Shown here piece after piece: positions 17,178 through 26,329 of a stretch of 40,154 bases of DNA. The DNA is from an uncultured Dehalococcoidales bacterium (GTDB taxonomy: Bacteria > Chloroflexota > Dehalococcoidia > Dehalococcoidales > CAYYQY01). The notes under the pieces were generated by a model, which worked only from the letters and a program-made list of their open reading frames with translations, was not told where the DNA came from and did not search any database. The position numbers were made by a program, and so were the translations under genes. The DNA lies in NCBI GenBank assembly GCA_964570635.1, contig CAZMZA010000001.1, forward strand, positions 1 to 40,154, given 5' to 3'. Every line of letters begins with the position of its first letter. The stretch's first letter is position 1.

Positions 17178-18485
17178 ATGGATTGGAAGGAAGGCTTAGT
17201 AAATCCTGAAGCAGCCGTAAGATTCGGCATACAGCAGCTACGTTCCCCTTTATATCGCAACTCCATCATTCTAATACTCATAAGTTTTTCCTCTGCCTTC
17301 CTTACTTTTATATTCTGGGTAATAGCCGCGCGATACTATTCTAATTTCGATGTAGGCGTGGCGGCAGCTCTAGTCTCAGCTTCGGGATTATTGTCCCTTA
17401 TCTCCAGCGCCGGGTTCGATTTGGGGCTCATCCGCTTCCTGCCTCACGCCAAGGATACCAGAGGGATGATTAATTCCTGCTTCACTTTCTCTGGACTTGC
17501 CGCCGTAGTCCTGTCCCTTATTTTTATCGCCGGGCTACCTCTCTGGTCACCTGACCTTCTGCTATTAAGAGGAATATATCTTTTTATTCTCTTCGTAGTT
17601 GCCGCTGCAGCCGGGGTCATAAGCCTATTACAGCTACAGGTTTTTACTGCCTTACGCCGTCCGGAGTATGGTTGGGTGCAACAAGCGGTCTTCTCTGTAG
17701 TCAGGATACCCCTGGTCATAGCCCTGGTATCCTTCAATGTCACCGGAATCTGGGCTTCCTGGACCATCGCCCTGTGCCTGGGCATACTGGCGGGGAACAT
17801 ATTGCTAATCAAGGTAAGCCCCGGCTACCGCCCCTCCCCTACCATCCACAGGAAGATTATGAATGAAATGTCCCGTTTCTCTTTTGGCAACTATATTGCC
17901 AATCTGGCTGGTACCGCCCCGATATATATCCTGCCCCTGATGGTCCTGGCCCTGCTGGGAGCGGAGGCCAACGCCTACTTTTACATCGGCTTTAGAACCG
18001 GCTCACTGTTATTCAGCCTTTCACTGCTAGTAGCCACCTCCCTCTTCGTAGAGGGCTCTCATACCCCGGAAAGGCTGCGCCTCCTTTCAATCAGGAGCGC
18101 TGCTTTCACCTTTGCCCTTTTGCTTCCAGCCCTAGCCATCTGCTTTATCTTTGGCCGGGAAATCTTGCTCCTCTTCGGCAGGGAATATTCGCAACAAGCC
18201 CTGTGGATTTTCTGGCTGGTTGCTCTATCTGCCATTCCCTATACTTTTAATGAGACCTATCTAACCATAAAGAGGGTCCAGCTTCAGGTGAGTACGATTA
18301 TCTATTTCTCCGTCTTCGTTTCAGCCGTCACCATAGGTATTGCCTATCCTCTGGTGATGAACGCCGGTCTTACTGGTGCCGGTTTGAGCTGGCTCGTGGG
18401 GCACGGGATTGCCACCCTATGGGTCGGCTGGTGGTTGATAAGAACATTTAGTAGAAGGAAGAGAATAGATATAGAGCAGACCTAA
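17178..18485 (+). CDS. Oligosaccharide/polysaccharide flippase (MOP superfamily, Wzx-like)
   Basis: 435 aa with about 12 hydrophobic helices throughout and a short basic C-terminal tail. It lies at the end of the sugar-nucleotide/GT operon. The call rests on topology and context. Confidence 0.7.
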   Translation: MDWKEGLVNPEAAVRFGIQQLRSPLYRNSIILILISFSSAFLTFIFWVIAARYYSNFDVGVAAALVSASGLLSLISSAGFDLGLIRFLPHAKDTRGMINSCFTFSGLAAVVLSLIFIAGLPLWSPDLLLLRGIYLFILFVVAAAAGVISLLQLQVFTALRRPEYGWVQQAVFSVVRIPLVIALVSFNVTGIWASWTIALCLGILAGNILLIKVSPGYRPSPTIHRKIMNEMSRFSFGNYIANLAGTAPIYILPLMVLALLGAEANAYFYIGFRTGSLLFSLSLLVATSLFVEGSHTPERLRLLSIRSAAFTFALLLPALAICFIFGREILLLFGREYSQQALWIFWLVALSAIPYTFNETYLTIKRVQLQVSTIIYFSVFVSAVTIGIAYPLVMNAGLTGAGLSWLVGHGIATLWVGWWLIRTFSRRKRIDIEQT

Positions 18486-19987
18486 TCCGCTTCCAAGAGA
18501 CTTTCCCCATCTACGGGAAAGGGAGGGGTAATCCCCTGAAGACTCAATACCGTACAGGCAATATCCATCAGGGTTGAATCTTTCTTGACTACTTTTCTCC
18601 CCCGGGCATCGGACACCAAGAGCACGGCTGAGTCAGCCTTATGAGTCCCCGGCTGAATATTATGAGTCGGGCTATCAGTGATAAGAGGCTCATATATTGA
18701 CCAGCCAGCTCCATAGTCATCCTTAAGCTGGAAGACAATATCAGGATACTTGGCAAGATAAGGGCCGGCATATAGCTCCTCACGGCGACAAATCCATTTC
18801 ACCAGCGGCTCGCCACTTCCCGGCTCCTTCATTCCCCCAATCTCACTGATGAGATACGTTCTCAGCTGCTCATAGTCCCTTCCTCCCAGCTTATCCCGGG
18901 CAATGATAATACCCCCATAGGAATAGGCCTTTATCCCGGAAAGGTCAGAGATATAGGCGGGGGTATTCTCCCAATCTATGGACTGGGGAAGGGTAAATCT
19001 GCGCCTCAAGGCAGGAAGGTGGTGGACCAGCCACATGGTGGTTGCCCCGGCTCCAGTACGGTTGACCACGCTTACCAGCCCCCTCTTGAACATCTCCAAG
19101 GCATATGCCGGACTTCTCAGGTCTCCCCTCTTCATCCTGGGAACCAATAGCCCTTCGTCCCTGAGTAATTCATTTATGTTAAGTAATTTAGCCGGTCGCT
19201 GAGTAAATCCGTGGTCGCTGAAGATAATAACCGTAGTGTCCGAACCTGCCTCAGCAATGAAGTCTCCCAGCATGTCATCATAAAGCTGATAGAACTCAGG
19301 GAAAACAGCCTTGAAGGGGTTGTCCCCGGGGTATGCCGGGTCACTCTCATCAAAATACGACCACAGGTTGTGCCCCAGCCAGTCCAGGGCAGAGGAATAA
19401 AGGAAGAAGATGTCCCAGCTCTCCCGGCGCAACATCTGCAAGCCGAACCCCTTTTCCGCCTGGAGGAGGCGACGATACGCCTCAATATATGATGGGTAAC
19501 GCCTCTTCTGGGGGACAGTAAAGATGGGATTGAGTGAGGAAAGGTCGTACTGCCCTTGAAGAGACGGAGGTGAGATTTGAACCAAAGCGCCCTTGTTATA
19601 TCTATTGGTCGACCGTCCTACCATGATGCCATTTATCTCCCAGACCGGGTATCCCAGGAAGGGAAAAAGGACGCAACACCTCTTGCCCTCGCTACCGGCA
19701 ACATCCCAGAAGGTCTTGCCACGGATAGGGTCACTGCTCAAATCCATACTAGCCAGAATGCTGACCTTATCCAGAGGGTCAACGAAGTAGATGATTCCGT
19801 GCTGGGCCGGGTTTAAGCCGGTATAGGCGCTAGCCCAGGCAGTCGGGGTATCCGGCGGACAGACCGAGGTCAATCTGATAGCCGGATTTTGGCTCTTGAG
19901 CTGACGGAAATTAGGCAACCTGTCCTCAAACCTGCTGAGCAGGTCTATATCCATAGCGTCTATGCCCAGTACCAAGACCTTGCTCAC
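18482..19987 (-). CDS. Alkaline phosphatase superfamily protein (type I phosphodiesterase / nucleotide pyrophosphatase-like)
   Basis: GTG start after a GAGGTG SD. The N-terminus VLVLGIDAMD and PPDTPTAWASAYTGLNPAQHGI (metal-ligand Asp and nucleophile Thr region) and a later FSDHGF block fit the AlkP/NPP superfamily. No signal peptide is evident. Confidence 0.78.
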   Translation of the reverse strand: MSKVLVLGIDAMDIDLLSRFEDRLPNFRQLKSQNPAIRLTSVCPPDTPTAWASAYTGLNPAQHGIIYFVDPLDKVSILASMDLSSDPIRGKTFWDVAGSEGKRCCVLFPFLGYPVWEINGIMVGRSTNRYNKGALVQISPPSLQGQYDLSSLNPIFTVPQKRRYPSYIEAYRRLLQAEKGFGLQMLRRESWDIFFLYSSALDWLGHNLWSYFDESDPAYPGDNPFKAVFPEFYQLYDDMLGDFIAEAGSDTTVIIFSDHGFTQRPAKLLNINELLRDEGLLVPRMKRGDLRSPAYALEMFKRGLVSVVNRTGAGATTMWLVHHLPALRRRFTLPQSIDWENTPAYISDLSGIKAYSYGGIIIARDKLGGRDYEQLRTYLISEIGGMKEPGSGEPLVKWICRREELYAGPYLAKYPDIVFQLKDDYGAGWSIYEPLITDSPTHNIQPGTHKADSAVLLVSDARGRKVVKKDSTLMDIACTVLSLQGITPPFPVDGESLLEAD

Positions 19988-19996
19988 ACTAACACC

Positions 19997-21160
19997 TCAT
20001 TCGACGTTCAACCAAAAGGAACTTATGCCGATAAGCTCACCGACCCCGGGGTTGCCCACCCCACCCTCTAACAGCTGGAAAATCAACCTTTGATTTTTCC
20101 CAGGGTAAGGTGGACGGAAGTTTATTTCGCCTTCATACCTCTCCTCAGGAGCGAGCTTTACGGAAAATCCTGAGCGGTACTCTTCTGTCCAGCTCTCCCA
20201 GACGTCTACCTTCCACTCAGCCACCTCAGCATTATGGTTCACTATTACTACCCTTACAGTGGCCAGCTGGTTTACTGCCACCTCCCTGGGATATTCAGCC
20301 AGATAGAACTCAACGAATTCCTCCCCCTCTCCCCTTAGATGAGCCCAGACATAGAGTGAGTCATGAAGCTCGTCTTCTTCATACAGGACAAACTCTACCC
20401 GCTTATTGCCTGCAGCCTCAGGGGCTGAGAAAAACATTTCATGCTCCACTTTTTCTCCATTTTCGAGTCTCACCGACCAGCTTTCCCCCACCTCTTCCCC
20501 GTCTATCCTCGGCTCTACCCGATAACTCACGGCTTTACCCTCACGGTTAATTATCCCCACCACCATCATTGCCTCATCCCCCACCCTCATTTCAATAGGG
20601 TAACTGATACCTCTGGACTCCGGACCGATAAGGTAGAACTCGGTAAACTTCTCGCCCACCTTGGGAAAGACTACAGTGTAAATCACAGAGGTAATAGCCA
20701 AGAGGATAGCTACAGCGAGGACAATGTCCAGAACTTTTTCTCGACCCATCAATCTCCGGTATGGTGGCAGAGGGATATGGAAGTTGATTATGGCGCGCTC
20801 CTCAACAGGTAGCTTTCTCCGCCGCCACCAAGCTATCGTTGACATGGTGCATATGAGGAAAGCCAGGGTGTAAAGGCTGGCATGAAGTGTGAAACCCAAG
20901 GGAGTGTAATAGAAGATGACACCTATTACGGGAAAGGCAGCAATGCTCAGACCAAAGCTAATGGCTACCCTTTCCAGAAGACTTATGTCCCTCTTTCTGG
21001 GGAAGAAGATGGCAAGCAGGCAGTAACCGGGGAAGAAGGCAACAAAGGGAAGCCCCAAGATAGCTCTCAAGGCATTCGAAGGAACAAAGATGACTAGAAT
21101 GACAAGCAAGACGGAGAGTATACCTATTAGCGGAAGTTCATCCCTGAGCCTGATGTTCAC
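19997..21160 (-). CDS. DUF1616-family membrane protein (archaeal-type), N-terminal TM domain plus duplicated C-terminal beta-sandwich-like domain
   Basis: The N-terminal half has LPFVAFFPGYCLLAIFFP...ERVAISFGLSIAAFPVIGVIFYYTP, as I recall for DUF1616. The C-terminal half has two tandem repeats starting FTEFYLIGPE... and FVEFYLAEYP.... The GTG start overlaps the upstream GT4 stop (GTGA at 21157-21160). Confidence 0.72.
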   Translation of the reverse strand: MNIRLRDELPLIGILSVLLVILVIFVPSNALRAILGLPFVAFFPGYCLLAIFFPRKRDISLLERVAISFGLSIAAFPVIGVIFYYTPLGFTLHASLYTLAFLICTMSTIAWWRRRKLPVEERAIINFHIPLPPYRRLMGREKVLDIVLAVAILLAITSVIYTVVFPKVGEKFTEFYLIGPESRGISYPIEMRVGDEAMMVVGIINREGKAVSYRVEPRIDGEEVGESWSVRLENGEKVEHEMFFSAPEAAGNKRVEFVLYEEDELHDSLYVWAHLRGEGEEFVEFYLAEYPREVAVNQLATVRVVIVNHNAEVAEWKVDVWESWTEEYRSGFSVKLAPEERYEGEINFRPPYPGKNQRLIFQLLEGGVGNPGVGELIGISSFWLNVE

Positions 21161-22305
21161 TTCAATACCTCATGATAAGCCTTCACCGTTTCCTGAGCCA
21201 CCTCCTCCCATGAACGACCTTCAGCTTCCTTCCGGGCGTTCTGCCCCATCCGGTTTCTAAGTTCATCATCCCCCAGCAAGTAGCTGATAGCCTCTCCTAA
21301 AGCAGGGGGAGCCGCTGGGGGGACTTTCAAGCCAGTTTCCCCGTGTCTGACATTATCTCTGGCGCCGGGGATATCACTGGCAATCACCGCCTTACCTGAA
21401 GCCATCGCCTCAAGTATCACCAGCCCGAATGGTTCATGAATAGAGGGCAGCACGAAAAGGTCACACATGGCATAATACCGGGACAGCTCTTCACCGTAGA
21501 CCGGACCGGCAAAGAAGACCTGGCTCTCTAATCCCAGATGGTTTGCCAACCGTTTTAACTCGGGAACCAATTCACCCCCGCCGACAATAACCAATCTAGC
21601 GGCAGGGATTTTCTTCTCTACCTCAGCCATGGCTGCGATCAAATAGTGGGCCCCCTTCCTCCGGTCCCAACTGGAGAGCCCGCCGACAAACAGGACTATC
21701 TTCTCTTCAGGGGTAAAACCTAACCTCCTTCTTAGCTCAGCCGTCTCCGCCGATGGTGAGAACCGCTCGACGTCAATCGCTGGCCTGATAACCCGGAACT
21801 TCTTTCTGATGCCGGGGCTCACCCTTAGGGAATCACTATAGCTCCGGGCAAAGAATATTATTCGGTCTATAAACCTGATGCCCAGGCTGGTAAAGAATGC
21901 ATCGTAGGACTTGACTATCATGCGGTACAAGAGTGTACCTTCGAAGCTCTGGCCGTGGTGGGTGGCTACCAGTGGAATGTGATTGCGCCCGGCGGCAACG
22001 ATTGTCGCCTCAAGTCCGGAGGCAAAGGGTATCTGAACATGATACAGATCGTAGTCCGTTGCCTTCAGAATCCCCTTCACGAATTCATAAGAGAATTCCC
22101 CCCGGCTATACCTGAAATCCAGGGAGCACCGATAGACCCGGCTCTTCCCCCACAGTACCTCCTCTTTGTCGACGTTCTCCGAATTTATGGTCAGAATGTC
22201 CACCGCATGCCCCAGCTTCAGCAGGTTTTCACTGAGCTTATAGGTGTAAAGCTCTGTCCCTCGAGGACTGGGGTAGAAATAAGGCGTAATCTGCAATATC
22301 TTCAT
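21157..22305 (-). CDS. Family 4 glycosyltransferase (GT-B)
   Basis: 382 aa. The C-terminal domain has PSIHEPFGLVILEAMASGKAVIASDIPGARDNVRHGETG, an E-x7-E-type retaining GT4 motif. Confidence 0.85.
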   Translation of the reverse strand: MKILQITPYFYPSPRGTELYTYKLSENLLKLGHAVDILTINSENVDKEEVLWGKSRVYRCSLDFRYSRGEFSYEFVKGILKATDYDLYHVQIPFASGLEATIVAAGRNHIPLVATHHGQSFEGTLLYRMIVKSYDAFFTSLGIRFIDRIIFFARSYSDSLRVSPGIRKKFRVIRPAIDVERFSPSAETAELRRRLGFTPEEKIVLFVGGLSSWDRRKGAHYLIAAMAEVEKKIPAARLVIVGGGELVPELKRLANHLGLESQVFFAGPVYGEELSRYYAMCDLFVLPSIHEPFGLVILEAMASGKAVIASDIPGARDNVRHGETGLKVPPAAPPALGEAISYLLGDDELRNRMGQNARKEAEGRSWEEVAQETVKAYHEVLK

Positions 22306-22332
22306 TTAAAGAGTCCCCGCATCAGCTTGACT

Positions 22333-24186
22333 TCAGCGAGCGTACCACGCGCGTACCGGGATAATATAGTAAACACTCATTGCCCCAGCGGAATATAACT
22401 CGTTCACCGTAGGGTCTTCCTTTAGCCGCTCCATATCTGCCATATCGAACTCCCATGGAAATCGTGTTAGCTGGGGGACGACCACCCTACTCTCTTGCAG
22501 CTTTGGCTCGGTGAGGGCGGCTCTGAATCGCTCCGTAATAATCACATATTGCTCGTCAGCGAGCTCTTCACCAAAGACATCAGGGTAACCAAAGTGAGCC
22601 GGGATATCTGTTTCGTAGTAGGTGACTATTCGGTCCATAGATGTCCAGACGTCCGGCTCCTTAATAGCGTCTTGAAAGCCCAATATCATATAGGGAAGGG
22701 AATCGTGGAAACCCAGCCCGGCAAACCTTTTCCCCTTGGCCTGGTGAGAAAGGAGCCACTCTGTACCCTGGGCCTCCGCGTAAGTAATCTGGTTGTTAAT
22801 CTGAAAAACCCAGGGGGAACGGTGAAAACCATAATCCGATGTCAGTGAGGTCAGGGTTATGATTATCACTGGAACCGCTATCTGGAAAATTCTGCGCCAA
22901 GGCAATCTCACCGCCGCCTCATACAGGATAAAGCCAACAAATACCGGGGTTAGAAATATCCAGTTGTCCATCATCAGAGCCCTCGTTATATACCCGGTCT
23001 GATGGGTCCAGAAGAGGAAAACGGCAGCCAGTTCTCCCACAAAACACCAAACAATTAAGTAGGAGGTGACCCCTAATCTCATCTTGCCCCTTGACACCCA
23101 GATTAGAATTATTACCGCCGCAATCATGGATAATCCAAAATATACCATTTGAGGGCCAAACGACTTTAGAGCATACTCAATTAAGGACCTTATATCCAGT
23201 TGCACAAATTCCTGTGCCTTCTGAACATAGGGGCTTTCTGTAGCTATACCCATCAGAACATTAAAAATAGTACGAAGCTGCCTCCCAAAAACTACAAAGG
23301 AGGAAAACCAGACGAAAAGGACTACAGCTGATAGTATAGCTGGACTTGGCCGCGCCTGGCCCAAGGGAAGGCTTGGGGCACCGGTTGTTTTCCGGCTAAT
23401 CCTCCGGTGGACTTCCTTTATCAGTTCCATGCTCATCAGGAATAGGGCCAGAATCAACGCTGAATGGGAGTGCACCAGGGGGTGTACCACCAAGAGGAAG
23501 AGGAAAGGCACACTGTAGCCCAGGGCGGGACTCCGAGAGCTTTTGAAGTAAAGGTAAATTATCAAGACAAGGTGGATATGGGCCAGAGCGTGGGGATATA
23601 CCGTGCCCTGGAAAATACCGAAGAGCATGGTGGCGCTCGCCGCCGCCACCATTAACCTCTGCCCCCTCTCCTCCAGAATGACCGTGCCCAGGAGGTAAAT
23701 GTAAAGCATATAAAGAACTGAAACGAAGGCGGGAAAATATCTCACCACCGTTATTTCTGATATACCCGTAATAGAGATAACCTGTGCCACAAATACATGT
23801 GTAACAGGATAGGTGTTGGTCTGACCAATATCGCCCAGGGATACCACGTCCTTTATTATCCCGAAATGAGCCATCGGGTCTCCCATCCACCAGGCGAAAT
23901 ACCCCCTGAGAGCCGGTAGCGCGACCACCATGAAGTTTGACAGTATCAGGAGAAAGAAGCCGGCTAGCCACAGGTTTCCTTTGCTTCTGGTGAGGGCTTG
24001 ATGGACGATGATACCCAAGCCGAGGACAATGCCTCCGACTAGAAGAACCCAGGTCAGAGGCGGCGTGCTCTCGTAGAGAGACACCTCATAACCGCTTGGG
24101 GCCGAATTCCTCAGCAGGTAGAAAACCAGAGCCATCAGTAGAAAGTAGATGGCGAAAACTAATTTCAGCGTAGATTTCGACTGCAT
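22333..24186 (-). CDS. Large polytopic membrane protein with a ~170 aa C-terminal soluble domain (candidate polymerase/ligase/oligosaccharyltransferase-like; family not recognised)
   Basis: About 14 hydrophobic segments, then a soluble tail. I prefer the ATG at 24184-24186 (MQSKSTLKLVF...), which removes the 43-nt overlap with the upstream gene implied by the ORF-track start at 24237. Confidence 0.68.
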   Translation of the reverse strand: MQSKSTLKLVFAIYFLLMALVFYLLRNSAPSGYEVSLYESTPPLTWVLLVGGIVLGLGIIVHQALTRSKGNLWLAGFFLLILSNFMVVALPALRGYFAWWMGDPMAHFGIIKDVVSLGDIGQTNTYPVTHVFVAQVISITGISEITVVRYFPAFVSVLYMLYIYLLGTVILEERGQRLMVAAASATMLFGIFQGTVYPHALAHIHLVLIIYLYFKSSRSPALGYSVPFLFLLVVHPLVHSHSALILALFLMSMELIKEVHRRISRKTTGAPSLPLGQARPSPAILSAVVLFVWFSSFVVFGRQLRTIFNVLMGIATESPYVQKAQEFVQLDIRSLIEYALKSFGPQMVYFGLSMIAAVIILIWVSRGKMRLGVTSYLIVWCFVGELAAVFLFWTHQTGYITRALMMDNWIFLTPVFVGFILYEAAVRLPWRRIFQIAVPVIIITLTSLTSDYGFHRSPWVFQINNQITYAEAQGTEWLLSHQAKGKRFAGLGFHDSLPYMILGFQDAIKEPDVWTSMDRIVTYYETDIPAHFGYPDVFGEELADEQYVIITERFRAALTEPKLQESRVVVPQLTRFPWEFDMADMERLKEDPTVNELYSAGAMSVYYIIPVRAWYAR

Positions 24187-24194
24187 TCTATCCG

Positions 24195-25211
24195 CTACTC
24201 TTCTATGAGCTGTAAGACCCGAATACTGGCCAGGCAAATGCCCTCGGTAGGAGTAGTTGCCCCTTCCTGATAATGAATACCGGTGTAATAGACATAGAAG
24301 ATACCATCTTCAAGAAGCACCCCGGCTTCGGAAAGCCGATAGGAGTCCCATTCTTCCTCCCCTCCCCGACTAACTACAGGGTTTAAGGGATGTTTGGACC
24401 AACCAATGCCATCGCCACTGGTAGCATAGCCTATCTCCGTAGGCTGCATTATATCGGGGGGAGGTTCGCTTGAGCCGGGGAAAAACATATGGAAAACACC
24501 CTCATAATAAACGACGCCGCATTCACCGCTGACCCCGTATCCGTCCCAGCTTTCTGTAGGACCGGCAGCCAAGACAACCCCCTGCTCTCTCCAGGGACCT
24601 TCCGGCTGTGGAGCCGTGGCCAGTACCACCTGCCTTTCAGTGGTATCTGGGTCGCGCCACATATAATAGGTACCATTGACCTCCTGCACTGAACCAAGCC
24701 AGCCTCCTTCGAGTAAAGGATTACCGACATACTTCAGCCACGGTCCCTCTGGAGCCAAGGCCATAGCCAGACCTATAGCCCAACCATCTGCGCCATACCC
24801 CGAATACCACATATAAAAGTGCTCCCCCTCCTTCATGACGTAGGGACAGGCGACCTCACCACTGTCCCAGGCACCGGGAGTGGGAGCCAATACTGGCTGA
24901 CTAAGCACTGTCCAGGGACCCCGAAGGCTATGACTTGTAGCCAAGCCTATATGCCAGCCCATATCTATCCTGCCGGCATGGAAGTACATGTAATAAGTAT
25001 CCCCTATCTTCAGCACCACCGGGTGCTCTGGATATCTATCAAACCACGCCGAGGGTGCCTTGATGAGGGGATTCGTTGCTTCCTTAATAGCCCACGACTC
25101 ATGAGCATTTGTGTGCTCGGTAGAATCCCTCTCCTCACGACATGATAAACCAAGGGAAAGAGGGATTACGATGGATATCACTATCAAAGAAAGCCAAAGC
25201 CTGTTATTCAT
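24195..25211 (-). CDS. Signal-anchored beta-propeller glycoside hydrolase/phosphorylase-like protein (GH43/GH130/DUF377-like)
   Basis: N-terminal hydrophobic anchor LWLSLIVISIVIPLSLGL. Repeated blade-like units of the type W-D-x-G-x-V-x-x-P-x-V-(x)n-Y-Y-M-W-Y, for example WDSGEVACPYVMKEGEHFYMWYSGYG, WDGYGVSGECGVVYYEGVFHMFFPG and WDSYRLSEAGVLLEDGIFYVYYTG. Confidence 0.62.
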   Translation of the reverse strand: MNNRLWLSLIVISIVIPLSLGLSCREERDSTEHTNAHESWAIKEATNPLIKAPSAWFDRYPEHPVVLKIGDTYYMYFHAGRIDMGWHIGLATSHSLRGPWTVLSQPVLAPTPGAWDSGEVACPYVMKEGEHFYMWYSGYGADGWAIGLAMALAPEGPWLKYVGNPLLEGGWLGSVQEVNGTYYMWRDPDTTERQVVLATAPQPEGPWREQGVVLAAGPTESWDGYGVSGECGVVYYEGVFHMFFPGSSEPPPDIMQPTEIGYATSGDGIGWSKHPLNPVVSRGGEEEWDSYRLSEAGVLLEDGIFYVYYTGIHYQEGATTPTEGICLASIRVLQLIEE

Positions 25212-25240
25212 AAAGCTATCTTTATCCTGCCACCAATCGC

Positions 25241-26317
25241 CTAGCCTCTCATTGACTCCTCATACACGTGCATAGTTTCCTCGGCAATTCTATCCCAACT
25301 CAGCTCGTTCTTCAACTTGGAAAGACAGTTCTCGCTCATCGTCCTTCTCAGCTCCTCATCCTGTAAGAGCCTTACTATCGCCTCAGCCAGGGCCTTCTCG
25401 TCCCTTTGGGGAACGATAAGCCCGGTCTCTCCCGGCTCGACAAATCCGCTCACCATATCGGTTACCACGACGGGTTTGCCAAAGGCATAGGCAAGGGGGA
25501 CTACCCCTGAGAATACCTTCTCCGTGTATGGCAGGACGACTACCTTGGCCCGCTGGAATAATGGAGCTACTTCTTCGTGCGGGACGAATCGATTATGCAC
25601 CTCGATATTGGGCACGGCCCTGAGTAGCGGTATATACCTCCCCATATCCCCCGGCCCGGCTATGATTATCTTAGCATCAGGTATGCTCCTCGAAATGAGC
25701 GGGGCCGCCTTTATGAGATAACCCAGTCCCTTCCGGTCAATGATGCCCCCGAAGAAAAGTACGCTGTTTGTCTCCGGAATATCGCTCCTAATATATTTCG
25801 AATATAGCGAATTCACTCCGTGGGGGATAACGAAGCAACTGTTCCTCACCCCCTGATTTTCCAGCACCTGTTTATCATGCTGGCTGAGAACAATCAAGCA
25901 GCGGGAATAAGCGATATGCATTTTTCTGGCTATGAATTTGTCCCACCGCTCCCCTGCGGGATGCAGTTCTCCATCAGGCAGAGTGCTGACCATGCTATAC
26001 CGCCGCAATAACGGCAAGAAAGGACAGGGCCAGATAACATATGGATTATGGAAGTGGATGACATCCGCCCGCTCCCTCTTTACCACGCTTAGAAACTTAA
26101 ACATTCGGGGGACATTCAAGGTGTTCAGAACGAAATTCTTCTTGGTATCCCCTACGTGAAGCGGGATGAGCCTTATCGCCTTATCGAAAAACTCCTCTTC
26201 CACCCCTACCGGTGCAATGACCACCACTTCATTGTTCTTGGATAAAGCATTAGCCAGTAGCACGGCATACTGAAACATCCCGGAACGCCGGTCCATTAGC
26301 ACCATCAGAATCTTCAT
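25241..26317 (-). CDS. Family 4 glycosyltransferase (GT-B)
   Basis: 358 aa with two Rossmann-like halves. C-terminal block: LPYTEKVFSGVVPLAYAFGKPVVVTDMVSGFVEPGETG. Confidence 0.82.
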   Translation of the reverse strand: MKILMVLMDRRSGMFQYAVLLANALSKNNEVVVIAPVGVEEEFFDKAIRLIPLHVGDTKKNFVLNTLNVPRMFKFLSVVKRERADVIHFHNPYVIWPCPFLPLLRRYSMVSTLPDGELHPAGERWDKFIARKMHIAYSRCLIVLSQHDKQVLENQGVRNSCFVIPHGVNSLYSKYIRSDIPETNSVLFFGGIIDRKGLGYLIKAAPLISRSIPDAKIIIAGPGDMGRYIPLLRAVPNIEVHNRFVPHEEVAPLFQRAKVVVLPYTEKVFSGVVPLAYAFGKPVVVTDMVSGFVEPGETGLIVPQRDEKALAEAIVRLLQDEELRRTMSENCLSKLKNELSWDRIAEETMHVYEESMRG

Positions 26318-26329
26318 CTCACTCTGCCT

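Noticed and set aside
20110-20812. Plus-strand ORFs 20110-20550 and 20441-20812
   Set aside because: They are antisense to the DUF1616 gene. The translations are Pro/His/Leu-rich and low in complexity, consistent with shadow frames.
24187-24237. The longest-ORF start of the polytopic membrane protein, which overlaps the upstream gene by 43 nt
   Set aside because: The internal ATG at 24186 gives a typical short cytoplasmic N-terminus before TM1 and removes the overlap. The extension (MPGQYSGLTAHRRVADR) has no support.
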